DNA of 64,000 bases from an uncultured Alphaproteobacteria bacterium. GTDB taxonomy: Bacteria; Pseudomonadota; Alphaproteobacteria; Rs-D84. The notes beneath the pieces were generated by a model that did no database searches, was not told where the DNA came from, and was given only the letters and a program-made list of their open reading frames with translations. Position numbers and translations under genes: made by a program. Where the stretch lies: positions 71,094 through 135,093 of the forward strand of contig CALXMQ010000002.1 in assembly GCA_944389515.1 (NCBI GenBank), read 5' to 3'. This document shows positions 8,712 through 20,000 of this stretch, piece by piece. Within the stretch, counting starts at the first letter, position 1. Each line of letters begins with the position of its first letter.

Positions 8712-10325
8712 ATGAAAAAAGCACAAACATTATATATTGGTGTTGCATTGGTTGCAATTATCGCAGTAATTGGCGGTGCGGCATTGTACCACAACCATTT
8801 GCGCAGCACTGTGAACAATTATGAATATCCAACAACGCAATATGGCGCGTTTTTGGCGGCACAACATGCAATATATGTAAATGATTTTGACAGTGCAGAA
8901 AATTTTTCTGCCCAGTTAAATGACACTGATTATTCGATTGTTCAATCAACAAAATTCTTGTCTGAATTCTTGAACGGCCATATGCCAGACGAAGTGATTG
9001 TTCTGGAAGAAGAAAAAAATACCGCGTCTCGTTTAATATATGATGCATATTTGGTGCAAAACAACAAATGGGATGATTTATATGCGCGCCATAAAAAAGA
9101 TGAATCTGCGTTGGCGGCACCATTACGCATATGGTCTTCGATTGCCACAGACCATAAAAAAGACGCACTGAAATTTATAAAATCATTACCAACAAATCAA
9201 TCATGGCAAGATTTTGTATCAGGACAAATTTACGCGGAAACTGGCGATATTGACGCAGCCGCCGAATCTTTTGCCAAGGTACGTATTGATTTTATGAACA
9301 TCAATGATTATTTGTATGTGATGTCTTTTTATCACCATAATAATCTGATGGATGCGGCACATAAATTACACGATGATTTCACCGCACGACCAGGTGGCAT
9401 GTATATGCTGGATTATACAGATGTGCCAGATTGGTCAATGTTTTCAGGATACGCAAATCAACTGGCGTTCAGTTTGGTGCAAACTGTATCACACACGCAA
9501 ATAATGATGTATTCTGATTTGGCGATATTATTATTGCGTTTTGCACAAATCACTGGCACTGAATTCGGCCAAGACAGTGATGCCATCAATTATTATCTGG
9601 GGCAATTTTTCTATAACAATTCTGGCGATTATGAAAAGTATCTGTCAAAAATATCACCGGACAGTCCTTTCTATTTATTCGCAGTATTGCGAATTGCAGA
9701 AAAAAACAATGATTTAGGCGCATTACAAGATGCAATTAAACAAAACCCACTGTTTGTACCTGCAATAAACAAATTGGTTGGATACAATATCCAAAATGGG
9801 CACCGGCGCGCCGCATTACGTATTATAAATATGGCATTGGATGATGAAAATCTGAACGATATCGGTCGTGCATTTTTCTTGAAAAGCCGGGCATACATAT
9901 ATTATGCATTTGGCGATTTAGATGATGCACAATCAGATTTACATGATGCCGCAGAAACATTGCCATTGGATGCAGAAATAATATCTTTGCAGGCAAAAAT
10001 ATGGGCGGCCCAGGGACGTGAAATTGAAAACGCATATGATTATGCCATGACATTGGTAAAACAAGATCCAACCGATATTATGGCGTGGGATACGTTGGGA
10101 CGTGTGATAACTGTACGCGAAGGAATTGCACCAGCATTGGACGTATTAGTTCGTGTTGGTGAAATATCGACCACATGTTCATCTTTGTTTGAACAACTGG
10201 GCGATTTGTATGTTGCGGCGGGCGATGACAGACAGGCGCGCGACGCATATAACCGGGCAATCGAATTATCAGATGATGGATTGGTTGTTGTCCCGGAAAT
10301 TCGTAAAAAATTAAAGGATTTGTAA
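8712..10325 (+). CDS. membrane-anchored tetratricopeptide-repeat protein
   Basis: N-terminal TM helix followed by repeated TPR-like A/Y/L-rich helices (e.g. AYDYAMTLVKQDP...AWDTLGRV...GDLYVAAGDDRQARDAYNRAIEL). Confidence 0.55.
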   Translation: MKKAQTLYIGVALVAIIAVIGGAALYHNHLRSTVNNYEYPTTQYGAFLAAQHAIYVNDFDSAENFSAQLNDTDYSIVQSTKFLSEFLNGHMPDEVIVLEEEKNTASRLIYDAYLVQNNKWDDLYARHKKDESALAAPLRIWSSIATDHKKDALKFIKSLPTNQSWQDFVSGQIYAETGDIDAAAESFAKVRIDFMNINDYLYVMSFYHHNNLMDAAHKLHDDFTARPGGMYMLDYTDVPDWSMFSGYANQLAFSLVQTVSHTQIMMYSDLAILLLRFAQITGTEFGQDSDAINYYLGQFFYNNSGDYEKYLSKISPDSPFYLFAVLRIAEKNNDLGALQDAIKQNPLFVPAINKLVGYNIQNGHRRAALRIINMALDDENLNDIGRAFFLKSRAYIYYAFGDLDDAQSDLHDAAETLPLDAEIISLQAKIWAAQGREIENAYDYAMTLVKQDPTDIMAWDTLGRVITVREGIAPALDVLVRVGEISTTCSSLFEQLGDLYVAAGDDRQARDAYNRAIELSDDGLVVVPEIRKKLKDL

Positions 10326-10326
10326 A

Positions 10327-11193
10327 ATGAACGTTGGTGTAATTGGCGCAGGTGCGTGGGGTACCGCGTTGTCGATTATTTCTGCACGGGGTGGGGCGGA
10401 TGTTATATTGTGGTCTTATGACGGCGAATATAAACATTTTGATGATGTGGAAATGCCACAGAATTTACGGGTGACACAAAATATCGCTGAGATTGGTCAA
10501 TGTGATACATGGTTGATTGTAACCCCGGCGGCATTTTTTCGTGAAACATTACGCAATGCTGCACAATATTATAATAATCAACCGATAATAATTTGTACCA
10601 AGGGCGCAGAAAGCGCAACTGGTGATTTTATGTCTGAAATTATGGCGTCTGAATTACCAAACGCATCAGATTTTGGTGTTTTGTCTGGACCACAATTTGC
10701 CGCCGAAGTAGCGCGTGGTATCCCAACAGGTTCAACATTGGCCGGAACACCACGTGCCATAGAATCGGGCAGGGCAGTGTTACATTTACTGCATATAAAT
10801 TCTTGTAACGACGTTATCGGCACTGAAATGTGCGGTGTTGGTAAAAATGCGGTTGCATTGATATGCGGATATAATTCTGTTGCTGCGGCTGGGGAAAATG
10901 AACGCGCATTGATATTTACACGCGCATGGAACGAAGTGATGCAAATTGGTCTGAAATGTGGCGCACAAATGCAAACTTTCTTGGATTTATGTGGCATAGG
11001 GGATTTGTTCTTGTCCGCAACATCTGCAACCAGTCGTAACTTTGCCGGTGGGATGGCGATTGCACGTGGCGAAAAACCATCTGGCACCGTAGAAGGCATT
11101 TTTGCACTGGATGGGTTGATTGGGCGCGCAAAAAACAATGGTGTTGAAACACCAATTTTAATTGAAATGCAGAAAAAAATGGGATTAAAATAA
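10327..11193 (+). CDS. gpsA: NAD(P)H-dependent glycerol-3-phosphate dehydrogenase (shortened)
   Basis: MNVGVIGAGAWGTALS Rossmann N-terminus. 288 aa. Confidence 0.8.
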   Translation: MNVGVIGAGAWGTALSIISARGGADVILWSYDGEYKHFDDVEMPQNLRVTQNIAEIGQCDTWLIVTPAAFFRETLRNAAQYYNNQPIIICTKGAESATGDFMSEIMASELPNASDFGVLSGPQFAAEVARGIPTGSTLAGTPRAIESGRAVLHLLHINSCNDVIGTEMCGVGKNAVALICGYNSVAAAGENERALIFTRAWNEVMQIGLKCGAQMQTFLDLCGIGDLFLSATSATSRNFAGGMAIARGEKPSGTVEGIFALDGLIGRAKNNGVETPILIEMQKKMGLK

Positions 11194-11201
11194 TCACATA
11201 A

Positions 11202-11229
11202 AAATACCGGCAAATGCCGGTATTTTTAT
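11202..11229. terminator. bidirectional intrinsic terminator between convergent gpsA and the radical-SAM gene
   Basis: ataccggcaaatgccggtat flanked by A-run and T-run. Confidence 0.6.
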
Positions 11230-12239
11230 CGCGTTTTAATGAACGATTTTCCGGTTAAAATACGATAACGAATATCTTCGAATTGCGCATTTGATATCAA
11301 ACGATGACGAATATCAGACAATGCACGTGGACATCCTGAATTATTACGCCATTTTGTATTTATTTTTCGGCCAGAATTTTCACCCAATGTAACGCGCCCA
11401 AATGAATCAAACGCCATCAATACATCGCCATTGTTGGATATAAATGAAAACTGGGGCGTTTTATCATGATATGCACCATGAATATTTTTGGCGCGCCCAC
11501 CATCAAATAATGTTCCAACAGATGTGTTTAATAGCAATGTATCGCCAGCAATGTATTTTTTTAATTGTTTGCCATTTGATATTACGATGGCATCGTCTAT
11601 GCTGGTACCATTACGTTTTAGTGCATTGAATAAATCGTTAAACATATGTCTGTCGTTTTCAAATGATGCCAGGTTTATAACCACATGGGTTTCAGGACGC
11701 TTTGATAATTCATGAATAAATTTTGCACAATTTTGTATACTATGTTTGTGATATCTGTCCAATGATAATGATATTTGAAAACTATATGGTTTGCCAATCG
11801 AACTGGCCGCAGCTAAATCATCAAATACACGTGGCGTATATTTGGCATTTACCCACGCCGCATTTGTTTTAATATCTGTGCCGATATTATGATTCAAACA
11901 AAATTTTAATAATTCTGGTACATAATCAGTGGCACCAAATGCGTATGCCGCCATTATTTCACCACCAGTAAAAATAACACTGTTATTAAATTTTACATCT
12001 TGCATGGACTGGGATATATATCCCTTGATTACATCAATGGGGATAAATGCGCGCGAATTATCAGGACCGGCATTTTCGCAACAATGTGGACATTTATACC
12101 AACACCAATTTGTCGTCTTGAACACCAGAACATATGGAAAATCACGCACAATACCGCCAATCGGTAATATTTTGTCTATCAAAGTAATATTTTCTATTTT
12201 CATGACACATAAATATATCACAAAATATTTTTTCGTCAA
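11226..12239 (-). CDS. radical SAM domain protein, unknown subfamily
   Basis: CWYKCPHC matches CxxxCxxC at about residue 45. Glycine-rich SAM motif VIFTGGE. No SPASM/twitch Cys cluster. 337 aa. About 35% GC, against 43-50% in neighbours. Confidence 0.65.
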   Translation of the reverse strand: MTKKYFVIYLCVMKIENITLIDKILPIGGIVRDFPYVLVFKTTNWCWYKCPHCCENAGPDNSRAFIPIDVIKGYISQSMQDVKFNNSVIFTGGEIMAAYAFGATDYVPELLKFCLNHNIGTDIKTNAAWVNAKYTPRVFDDLAAASSIGKPYSFQISLSLDRYHKHSIQNCAKFIHELSKRPETHVVINLASFENDRHMFNDLFNALKRNGTSIDDAIVISNGKQLKKYIAGDTLLLNTSVGTLFDGGRAKNIHGAYHDKTPQFSFISNNGDVLMAFDSFGRVTLGENSGRKINTKWRNNSGCPRALSDIRHRLISNAQFEDIRYRILTGKSFIKTR

Positions 12240-12253
12240 TAGTATATTGTTAT

Positions 12254-12281
12254 AAAAAAATGGGGCAATGCCCCACTTTTA
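12254..12281 (-). terminator. hairpin plus T-run between ABC permease and the radical-SAM gene
   Basis: tggggcaatgcccca followed by a T-run on the minus strand. Confidence 0.5.
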
Positions 12282-13496
12282 TTCGTATCGTAAACTATCA
12301 ATAGGATTTAGTTTTGCGGCCTTCATTGCCGGCATAACACCAGATGCCAATCCAACCACAACCGCAACAGAAACAGATACAACAACTGGCCACATGCTGA
12401 ACGGAACTTCATAATTCATTATAAAGCGTCCAACGCCTTGGGATAACCCGACCCCTAAAATCAATCCAATCATTGAACCAATAAATGATATCAAAAGGGC
12501 TTCGGATAAAAATTGGATGATGATATGACGTTCGCGTGCACCAATGGCCTTGCGGATACCAATTTCGCGCGTACGTTCCGCCACAGACACCAACATCATA
12601 TTCATAATACCGATTGAACCAACCAACAATGACACCGCTGCGATTGCAACCAGTAACATTGTCATATATCCTGTGACACTGTCCATTGCCTCCATAACCT
12701 GTTTCATATCCATAATTTGGAAATCGTCAACTTCGTCATCAGCCAATTTATGACGGTCGCGTAACAGGGCGGTTATTTGTTCAATCGCCAGCGCATTATC
12801 CGCACCTTCGTTTAACTTTATCGTAACCATACTGACAGAATTTGGGAAACGGCTGCCTTGTAAACGTTTTTTTAATGTGGTTATTGGGATGATTATCATG
12901 TCATCTTGGCTGCCCATGGCAGAATCACCACGTTCTTTGGTTACGCCAATAATTGTAAAAGGCATATTTTGTACACGAATTATTTCGCCGACTGGGTTTT
13001 CTGGCATATTTAATTCTTCGGCTGTTTGTGGGCCAATAACGGCATATGTTGACCCATTACGCACCGCCGACTGATTAAAAAATGTGCCATATTTCATTTC
13101 CAGATTTTGAACCTGGGCATATCCTGGATATGCACCAACCATTGAAGTTGCCCAGTTTTGATTACCGTAAATTACCTGGGCAGATGCGTTTTGAATTGGA
13201 CTGAACGCGGCAACATCAGGTAATTGCCCAATGAATTCAGCATCATCAATGGTCAAAGTTTGACGACTGCCGGTACGTACACCAGCACTTTGTGCCGCAC
13301 CGGCACGTATTGTAATTGTATTTGTCCCCAGGGATGAAAACTGGTCACTGACCTGTTTTGATACAGTTTCACCAACCGCAACCATTATCACCACCGCCAT
13401 AACGCCGATAATGATGCCCAAAACCGTCAGAAATGAACGAATTTTGTTTCCACTGATGGACAACCAAGATTCTTTTAATATATCGTTAAATGTCAT
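12279..13496 (-). CDS. ABC transporter permease, MacB/FtsX family
   Basis: N-terminal TM, a large periplasmic domain, and a C-terminal FtsX-like 3-TM bundle. 405 aa. Confidence 0.8.
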   Translation of the reverse strand: MTFNDILKESWLSISGNKIRSFLTVLGIIIGVMAVVIMVAVGETVSKQVSDQFSSLGTNTITIRAGAAQSAGVRTGSRQTLTIDDAEFIGQLPDVAAFSPIQNASAQVIYGNQNWATSMVGAYPGYAQVQNLEMKYGTFFNQSAVRNGSTYAVIGPQTAEELNMPENPVGEIIRVQNMPFTIIGVTKERGDSAMGSQDDMIIIPITTLKKRLQGSRFPNSVSMVTIKLNEGADNALAIEQITALLRDRHKLADDEVDDFQIMDMKQVMEAMDSVTGYMTMLLVAIAAVSLLVGSIGIMNMMLVSVAERTREIGIRKAIGARERHIIIQFLSEALLISFIGSMIGLILGVGLSQGVGRFIMNYEVPFSMWPVVVSVSVAVVVGLASGVMPAMKAAKLNPIDSLRYE

Positions 13497-13514
13497 TTTT
13501 TGCCTGTATTATAC

Positions 13515-14258
13515 TTATTGTTGTAACGCCCGTTCATCACGCGGCACACGGCCATCGTATGTTATACGGCCGTCATAAATATGAATCAACCGATTTGAAT
13601 ATTGCGCGATTTCAAATTCATGCGTAATCATTACGATTGTGATGCCCATTTCTTGGTTCAGTTTTTTGAAAAACGATAAAATATCGTTACCCATCTTGCT
13701 GTCCAATGCGCCGGTTGGTTCGTCTGCCAAAATCAATTTAGGGTCGCCAGCCAATGCGCGCGCAATGGCAACACGCTGTTTCATACCCCCAGACAGTTGT
13801 GTTGGTAAATATGTTTCAAATTTTTCCAATCCAACACGCCGCAGCATTTCACGTGCACGATGAATTCGTTCATCCATTGGCAAACCACGATACATCAACG
13901 GCAACATAACGTTGTCCAACACGCTGCGCTTAGACAACAAATTAAACTGTTGAAAAACAAATCCGATATATTCGTTTCTGACCACAGCCAATTCATCAGA
14001 TGTTAAATGTGTAACATCACGCCCATATAATTCATATGTACCACTGGTCGGTGTATCCAATGCGCCAATAATATTCATACATGTAGATTTACCACTGCCT
14101 GACGGCCCCATAATAGATACAAATTCACCCTGGCGTACATCAAATGTGATATCAAATAAAACCTGTTGGTCGCCCCCCATTTCTAGTGGAAAGCTTTTAC
14201 AAATTTTTTTCATAGATATGATTTTAATATCACTGGATTTAGTGACTTTTTTCTGCAT
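13515..14258 (-). CDS. ABC transporter ATP-binding protein (MacB/LolD-like)
   Basis: Walker A GPSGSGKST, signature LSGGMKQR, and Walker B ILADEPTGALD. Confidence 0.85.
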   Translation of the reverse strand: MQKKVTKSSDIKIISMKKICKSFPLEMGGDQQVLFDITFDVRQGEFVSIMGPSGSGKSTCMNIIGALDTPTSGTYELYGRDVTHLTSDELAVVRNEYIGFVFQQFNLLSKRSVLDNVMLPLMYRGLPMDERIHRAREMLRRVGLEKFETYLPTQLSGGMKQRVAIARALAGDPKLILADEPTGALDSKMGNDILSFFKKLNQEMGITIVMITHEFEIAQYSNRLIHIYDGRITYDGRVPRDERALQQ

Positions 14259-14325
14259 GATAATCTCTCTCTATTATTTTTTCTGATTATATCATTTTTT
14301 TATAAATTTGCAAAAATACATTGCA

Positions 14326-14353
14326 TAAAAAAACGGGGTAAACCCCCGTTTTT

Positions 14354-14356
<3 letters not shown>
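14326..14356 (-). terminator. intrinsic terminator after mreB
   Basis: acggggtaaacccccgt flanked by A-run and T-run. Confidence 0.55.
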
Positions 14357-15433
<1,077 letters not shown>

Positions 15434-15526
15434 CTATAAATCGTGATAATCAAAAAATCAAGCAACCATAATAAATTTATGCTTTTTTATTTGCTTATCT
15501 GTATATTGTGGTATTATACACCAATC

Positions 15527-15877
15527 ATGCGAGACACAATAAAGAAACATATTGACTTTTTACCCAACGATGCAGATTTATCTGCACGTTGTGCTTTTTT
15601 CTTTGTGCGTGCAAGGCCGGCAAAAATACCTGAATCACCACGATATGGACTGATTGCGGCCAAACGCACATTCAAACTGGCCGTGCACAGAAACCGGGCA
15701 AAACGGTTATTGCGCGACTGGATTCGCCATAATGAACGATATATGTGTAATACATTAGATTATATTTTTGTTGCACGTCATGGAATACTGAACGCATCAC
15801 GCCCAGATGGATATGCCGCAATGCGCAAGGCATTAAATTATATAAAAAAATTAAATGCAGAAAAATCACAAGAATAA
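15527..15877 (+). CDS. rnpA: ribonuclease P protein component (start trimmed to an internal ATG from the ORF-track 15443)
   Basis: [30 protein letters not shown] matches the RnpA core. The extra N-terminal 28 aa of the ORF are hydrophobic junk. Confidence 0.7.
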   Translation: MRDTIKKHIDFLPNDADLSARCAFFFVRARPAKIPESPRYGLIAAKRTFKLAVHRNRAKRLLRDWIRHNERYMCNTLDYIFVARHGILNASRPDGYAAMRKALNYIKKLNAEKSQE

Positions 15878-15890
15878 ATTTTCTATACGC

Positions 15891-16097
15891 ATGGCAATCG
15901 CGATGGTGCGTGTATATCAATCTTGTATTTCACCGTTTATTGGCGGACGCGCCGCATGCCGTTTTATCCCAACGTGCAGTGAATATACCGCATGTGCGAT
16001 TGAAAAATATGGTGTTTTACGTGGGACATTTATGGGAATACGGCGTATTATGCGTTGTCGTCCAGGCGGTGGATTCGGGTACGACCCCGTCCCTTGA
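15891..16097 (+). CDS. yidD: membrane protein insertion efficiency factor YidD
   Basis: [24 protein letters not shown] matches the YidD family. Follows rnpA. No yidC follows here. Confidence 0.8.
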   Translation: MAIAMVRVYQSCISPFIGGRAACRFIPTCSEYTACAIEKYGVLRGTFMGIRRIMRCRPGGGFGYDPVP

Positions 16098-16193
16098 CAT
16101 CCGGTGCGATTGTGGTAAAATTTCAGGCACATTGAAAAAATCAAAGAATTTTGATATAAAGATATAAAAGAGTATATAAACAAAGGATAAAAA

Positions 16194-16646
16194 ATGTCAT
16201 TTCGTGCAACCGTTGAATCTATGTCAAAGATAATGGATGAAATGGGGATTACAGAATTAGACTTGGAACGTCAATTTTTGTTCGGCGTGTATCGCAAACA
16301 TATTCATTTATCAAAGCAACAGGCAACTGCTGTTGCAATGCCGAATTTCCCGGTGGCGGCCGAATCAAAAAATACAAACAGTGAACCTGCGGGGGATGAA
16401 AATGCAATCAGTGGATATGCACTGAAATCACCAATGGTTGGTGTTGCATATTTGGCACCAGAACCAGGTGCAAAACCATTTACATCGGTTGGTGCACAAA
16501 TCAAGGTTGGTGATACTGTCGCATTGATAGAAGCCATGAAAACATTTAACCCAATAAAATCGGACAAAGATGGTGTTGTCAAAGAAATCTTGGTTTCTGA
16601 TGGCCAGGCCGTGGAATTCGATCAACCGATTATTGTTATTGAATAA
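16194..16646 (+). CDS. accB: acetyl-CoA carboxylase biotin carboxyl carrier protein
   Basis: C-terminal biotinyl motif EAMKTFNPIKSDKDGVV. Confidence 0.85.
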   Translation: MSFRATVESMSKIMDEMGITELDLERQFLFGVYRKHIHLSKQQATAVAMPNFPVAAESKNTNSEPAGDENAISGYALKSPMVGVAYLAPEPGAKPFTSVGAQIKVGDTVALIEAMKTFNPIKSDKDGVVKEILVSDGQAVEFDQPIIVIE

Positions 16647-16656
16647 GTAAGCAAAA

Positions 16657-18057
16657 ATGTCACAAATTAAAAAAGTTTTAATTGCCAATCGTGGCGAAAT
16701 TGCATTGCGTATTATTCGTGCATGTCGCGATATGGGTATTCGTACTGTTGCGGTATATTCAACTGTTGATAAAAATGCAATGCATGTCCAGTTGGCTGAT
16801 GAATCTGTTTGTATTGGACCTGGGCCGTCCAAGGATTCTTATTTGAACGAATCTGCAATTTTAACGGCGGCATTATTGACTAATTCAGATGCAATTCATC
16901 CAGGATATGGTTTTTTATCAGAACGTGCTGATTTCGCACAAAAGGTTGAACAACACGGTTTAATCTGGATTGGGCCGTCGGCTGCGATGATTGAAAAAAT
17001 GGGGGACAAGGTAAATGCAAAACAAACTGCGATAAAATGCGGTCTGCCGGTGGTGCCGGGGTCTGATGGCGCAGTTGAAACATTAGAAGATGCATATGCA
17101 TGGGCCGAAAAAATAGGGTACCCCGTTATGTTAAAGGCCGCGGCTGGTGGCGGCGGACGTGGTATTCGTCCGGTATTATCAGCAGATCAAATGGCCGAAG
17201 CGTTCCAGATGACCAAGAACGAGGCTAAATCCGGTTTTGGCGATGATACTTTGTATATGGAAAAACTGTTGATGCATCCACGCCATATTGAATTCCAGGT
17301 ATTGGGTGACAAACATGGCAACGTTGTTATATTTGGTGAACGCGATTGTTCTTTGCAACGTAAAAATCAAAAGGTTATGGAAGAATGCCCTGCGGCAATT
17401 TTAACCCAGAAACAACGCGACGATATGATTGAAATCTGTAAAACCGCCGCTAAAAAAATGGGATATGTAAATGCAGGCACTTTTGAATTTATGTTCGAAG
17501 ATGGCAAGTTTTATTTCCTGGAAATGAATACCCGGTTACAGGTGGAACATCCTGTGACAGAAATGGTATATGGCGTTGATTTGGTGCGTGAACAAATTCG
17601 TGTGGCGGCTGGGGAAAAATTGGGATATACCCAATCAAACGTCGTTCCACATGGACACGCAATCGAATTTCGTATCAATGCCGAAGATCCAGAAACATTT
17701 GTCCCAAATCCAGGTAAAATAACATTATACGCCCCATCTGGTGGACTGGGCGTGCGCGTGGACAGTGCCGTGTATACTGGATACACAATTCCACCGACAT
17801 ATGATTCAATGATTGCAAAACTGATTGTTCATGCACAAAGCAGACCGGCATGTATAATGCGTGCAACACGTGCATTGGATGAATTTGTTATCGAAGGTGT
17901 AAAAACAACGATTCCGTTACAACAAAAATTATTAAAGAATCGCGATGTAAAAACATTGAACTTTGATAACCATTGGTTGGAATCATATTTGAAATCAGAA
18001 AAAGAAAAAACAACAAAAAAACAAAAGGCAGATGATAAAAAATCAGATGCAGAATAA
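16657..18057 (+). CDS. accC: acetyl-CoA carboxylase biotin carboxylase subunit
   Basis: ATP-grasp. RIIRACRDMGIRTVAVYS...GGGGRGIR. Confidence 0.95.
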   Translation: MSQIKKVLIANRGEIALRIIRACRDMGIRTVAVYSTVDKNAMHVQLADESVCIGPGPSKDSYLNESAILTAALLTNSDAIHPGYGFLSERADFAQKVEQHGLIWIGPSAAMIEKMGDKVNAKQTAIKCGLPVVPGSDGAVETLEDAYAWAEKIGYPVMLKAAAGGGGRGIRPVLSADQMAEAFQMTKNEAKSGFGDDTLYMEKLLMHPRHIEFQVLGDKHGNVVIFGERDCSLQRKNQKVMEECPAAILTQKQRDDMIEICKTAAKKMGYVNAGTFEFMFEDGKFYFLEMNTRLQVEHPVTEMVYGVDLVREQIRVAAGEKLGYTQSNVVPHGHAIEFRINAEDPETFVPNPGKITLYAPSGGLGVRVDSAVYTGYTIPPTYDSMIAKLIVHAQSRPACIMRATRALDEFVIEGVKTTIPLQQKLLKNRDVKTLNFDNHWLESYLKSEKEKTTKKQKADDKKSDAE

Positions 18058-18064
18058 AAAAATC

Positions 18065-18092
18065 ACAGGCCGGCAAATGCCGGCCTTTTTAT
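18065..18092. terminator. bidirectional terminator between accC and the convergent sspB-like gene
   Basis: aggccggcaaatgccggcct followed by a T-run. Confidence 0.55.
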
Positions 18093-18105
18093 ATATTTTT
18101 TATAA

Positions 18106-18576
18106 TTATTTTTTTCTGTTTTTCCTGAATTCATCCAATGATACAACACGGCCAGTATCTGGGACAGTGCCAGGTTTATCGTCCAATGGCAATTCCATAT
18201 CGTTATCTGCGGCCGCTGGGGCAGAACCACGCGGATGAAATGACAACATAAAATCAACGGATGGATCTTTGAATTCAACCAATGCGGAAAAAGGCACACG
18301 AATAAAAAATGGGCGGCCATCAAAAGTCAGTTGAACACCAAATTCTTTGTCTGATACATGTAAATTGTTATACGAATACTGTAACACAATCGTCATAATA
18401 TCAGGATATCGTATACGCAAAAAATCCGGCAATACAACACCAGGTGCACGTGTTTTGAACGTTATGTAAAAATGTGCCCCATCACCCAGTCCGTTAAATT
18501 GTGCATGAATCAATGCTTCTTTGACAACAGACTTTAACGCATTATCCAGTAATGTTTGATAATCAATCTTGCTCAT
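18106..18576 (-). CDS. sspB: ClpXP adaptor SspB-like protein (alpha-type)
   Basis: 156 aa. The N-terminal domain resembles the SspB fold family, and the acidic tail ends in a basic C-terminus (RKNRKK) that looks like an XB-type ClpX-binding tail. Assignment by recall, not alignment. Confidence 0.45.
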   Translation of the reverse strand: MSKIDYQTLLDNALKSVVKEALIHAQFNGLGDGAHFYITFKTRAPGVVLPDFLRIRYPDIMTIVLQYSYNNLHVSDKEFGVQLTFDGRPFFIRVPFSALVEFKDPSVDFMLSFHPRGSAPAAADNDMELPLDDKPGTVPDTGRVVSLDEFRKNRKK

Positions 18577-19760
18577 ATTTCTTGTCCTGGCACCAGTATA
18601 TTATTTATTTCACCATTGATGCAAGTAACAAATACTGCATTTGGGACGTTTGCAAATACATTTGCATCTAAACCAGTTGCCCAAACCTGGGCATCAGCCG
18701 CATCCAGTTCATGAAACAGTCGTGCACGCGCATCAGCATCCAGATGTGCGGCGGCTTCGTCCAATAATATCAAAGGCTGATGATTTGTTTTGGCATGAAT
18801 CAATTTTGCATGCGCCAGTATTAAATCTAATAATACCATTTTTTGTTGACCAGTACTGGTCAACGCAGCAGGCAAGTTCAGTTTATGGTTAAACACACCA
18901 AAATCTGATTTATGTGGCCCGTCCAAAACCATTTTATCACCAATCAATTCACGCGCAGACAATAAATATTCTAAATATTTGCGTTCTGCCGCCGCAGACG
19001 CCATGCCATCTATCAACATTTGTTCAACAGTGCCAGATACAGTTACCGCACAATCAGATAAAAAATAATTTAATTGCCCAGCATATTGAACACGTGCCGT
19101 GGCAACAGATGTCGCAACCCCAGCAATTTGTGTATCCAGCGCACCCAACCAATTTTCATCGCGTCCATTTTTTAATGCGAACGCACGTTCCGCCAGTAAT
19201 TTTGATAATCTGGCAACGCGACCGGCATGCGCCGAATCAAAACTGGCGGTCAATCTGTCAAAAAAAGCACGACGTTCAGATGCCGCATCTATAAACAATC
19301 TGTCTTCACGTGGGGTTACCCATACCGTACGTAAATGCGTTCCTAAATCATTTAATGTGGCGGCGTCACCATCAATACGTGCACGGCGATTTGTATCACC
19401 AGGTGCAAAATTCACTGATATTTCAGTATCGTCATTTAACGCCGCAAATACAGAAAAACCACCATTGCCATCAAAACGTGCAATATCAGACATCGCCGCA
19501 CCACGTAAACCACGTTCACCAGACAGCATGGATACCGCTTCTAATACAGCGGTTTTACCCGCGCCATTTGGCCCAGTAATAATAACATTATGTCGACCAT
19601 ACGTTTGAATACGACATGATTTATGATTACGAAAATCAGTCAAAGTAATTGTTTTTATCATGGCACGATAATACACCCAGCCCAGAAAAAAAACAACATG
19701 TTGTTCATATTTTGGTCCGCCCAATTTAACCGGACAAATATGATGCAAAACAAAAAACAC
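18573..19760 (-). CDS. recF: DNA replication and repair protein RecF
   Basis: Walker A GPNGAGKT, and an SMC-like C-terminal signature. Confidence 0.85.
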   Translation of the reverse strand: MFFVLHHICPVKLGGPKYEQHVVFFLGWVYYRAMIKTITLTDFRNHKSCRIQTYGRHNVIITGPNGAGKTAVLEAVSMLSGERGLRGAAMSDIARFDGNGGFSVFAALNDDTEISVNFAPGDTNRRARIDGDAATLNDLGTHLRTVWVTPREDRLFIDAASERRAFFDRLTASFDSAHAGRVARLSKLLAERAFALKNGRDENWLGALDTQIAGVATSVATARVQYAGQLNYFLSDCAVTVSGTVEQMLIDGMASAAAERKYLEYLLSARELIGDKMVLDGPHKSDFGVFNHKLNLPAALTSTGQQKMVLLDLILAHAKLIHAKTNHQPLILLDEAAAHLDADARARLFHELDAADAQVWATGLDANVFANVPNAVFVTCINGEINNILVPGQEI

Positions 19761-20000
19761 CCATTTTCATGGGTGTTTTTTATTTGGAGGCCTGGGTCGG
19801 AAAGTTCACATTTTTGCACACAAAGCGTGCAAAAAACGTTGCTGGCGCAACTTGATTCACCATTCGTATGGCTTTTTCTGCGTGCACAGCACTTGAAAAA
19901 TCTGACTCATATGCGAACCGGGCCGGTTCGATAGCACCAAAATCCAAACAAAAAACACCCATTTTTATGGGTGTTTTTTATTTGGAGGCCTGGGTCGGAA
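19752..20000. repeat. 51-nt direct repeat (19752-19802 and 19950-20000; 1 mismatch) comprising a terminator hairpin plus the last 17 nt of tRNA-Cys
   Basis: aaaaaacacccatttt[c/t]atgggtgttttttatttggaggcctgggtcggaa is present twice, with a 147-bp unique spacer between the copies. Confidence 0.8.

Noticed and set aside
15443-15526. N-terminal 28 codons of the rnpA ORF, and a check for rpmH upstream
   Set aside because: The extension is hydrophobic and unlike RnpA. No MKRTFQP-type L34 coding sequence is present in 15416-15526, so rpmH is not adjacent here.
19780-19962. 60-aa minus-strand ORF in the spacer between the tRNA-Cys repeat copies
   Set aside because: Barely over threshold with no RBS or motif. 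More likely non-coding spacer of the duplication.
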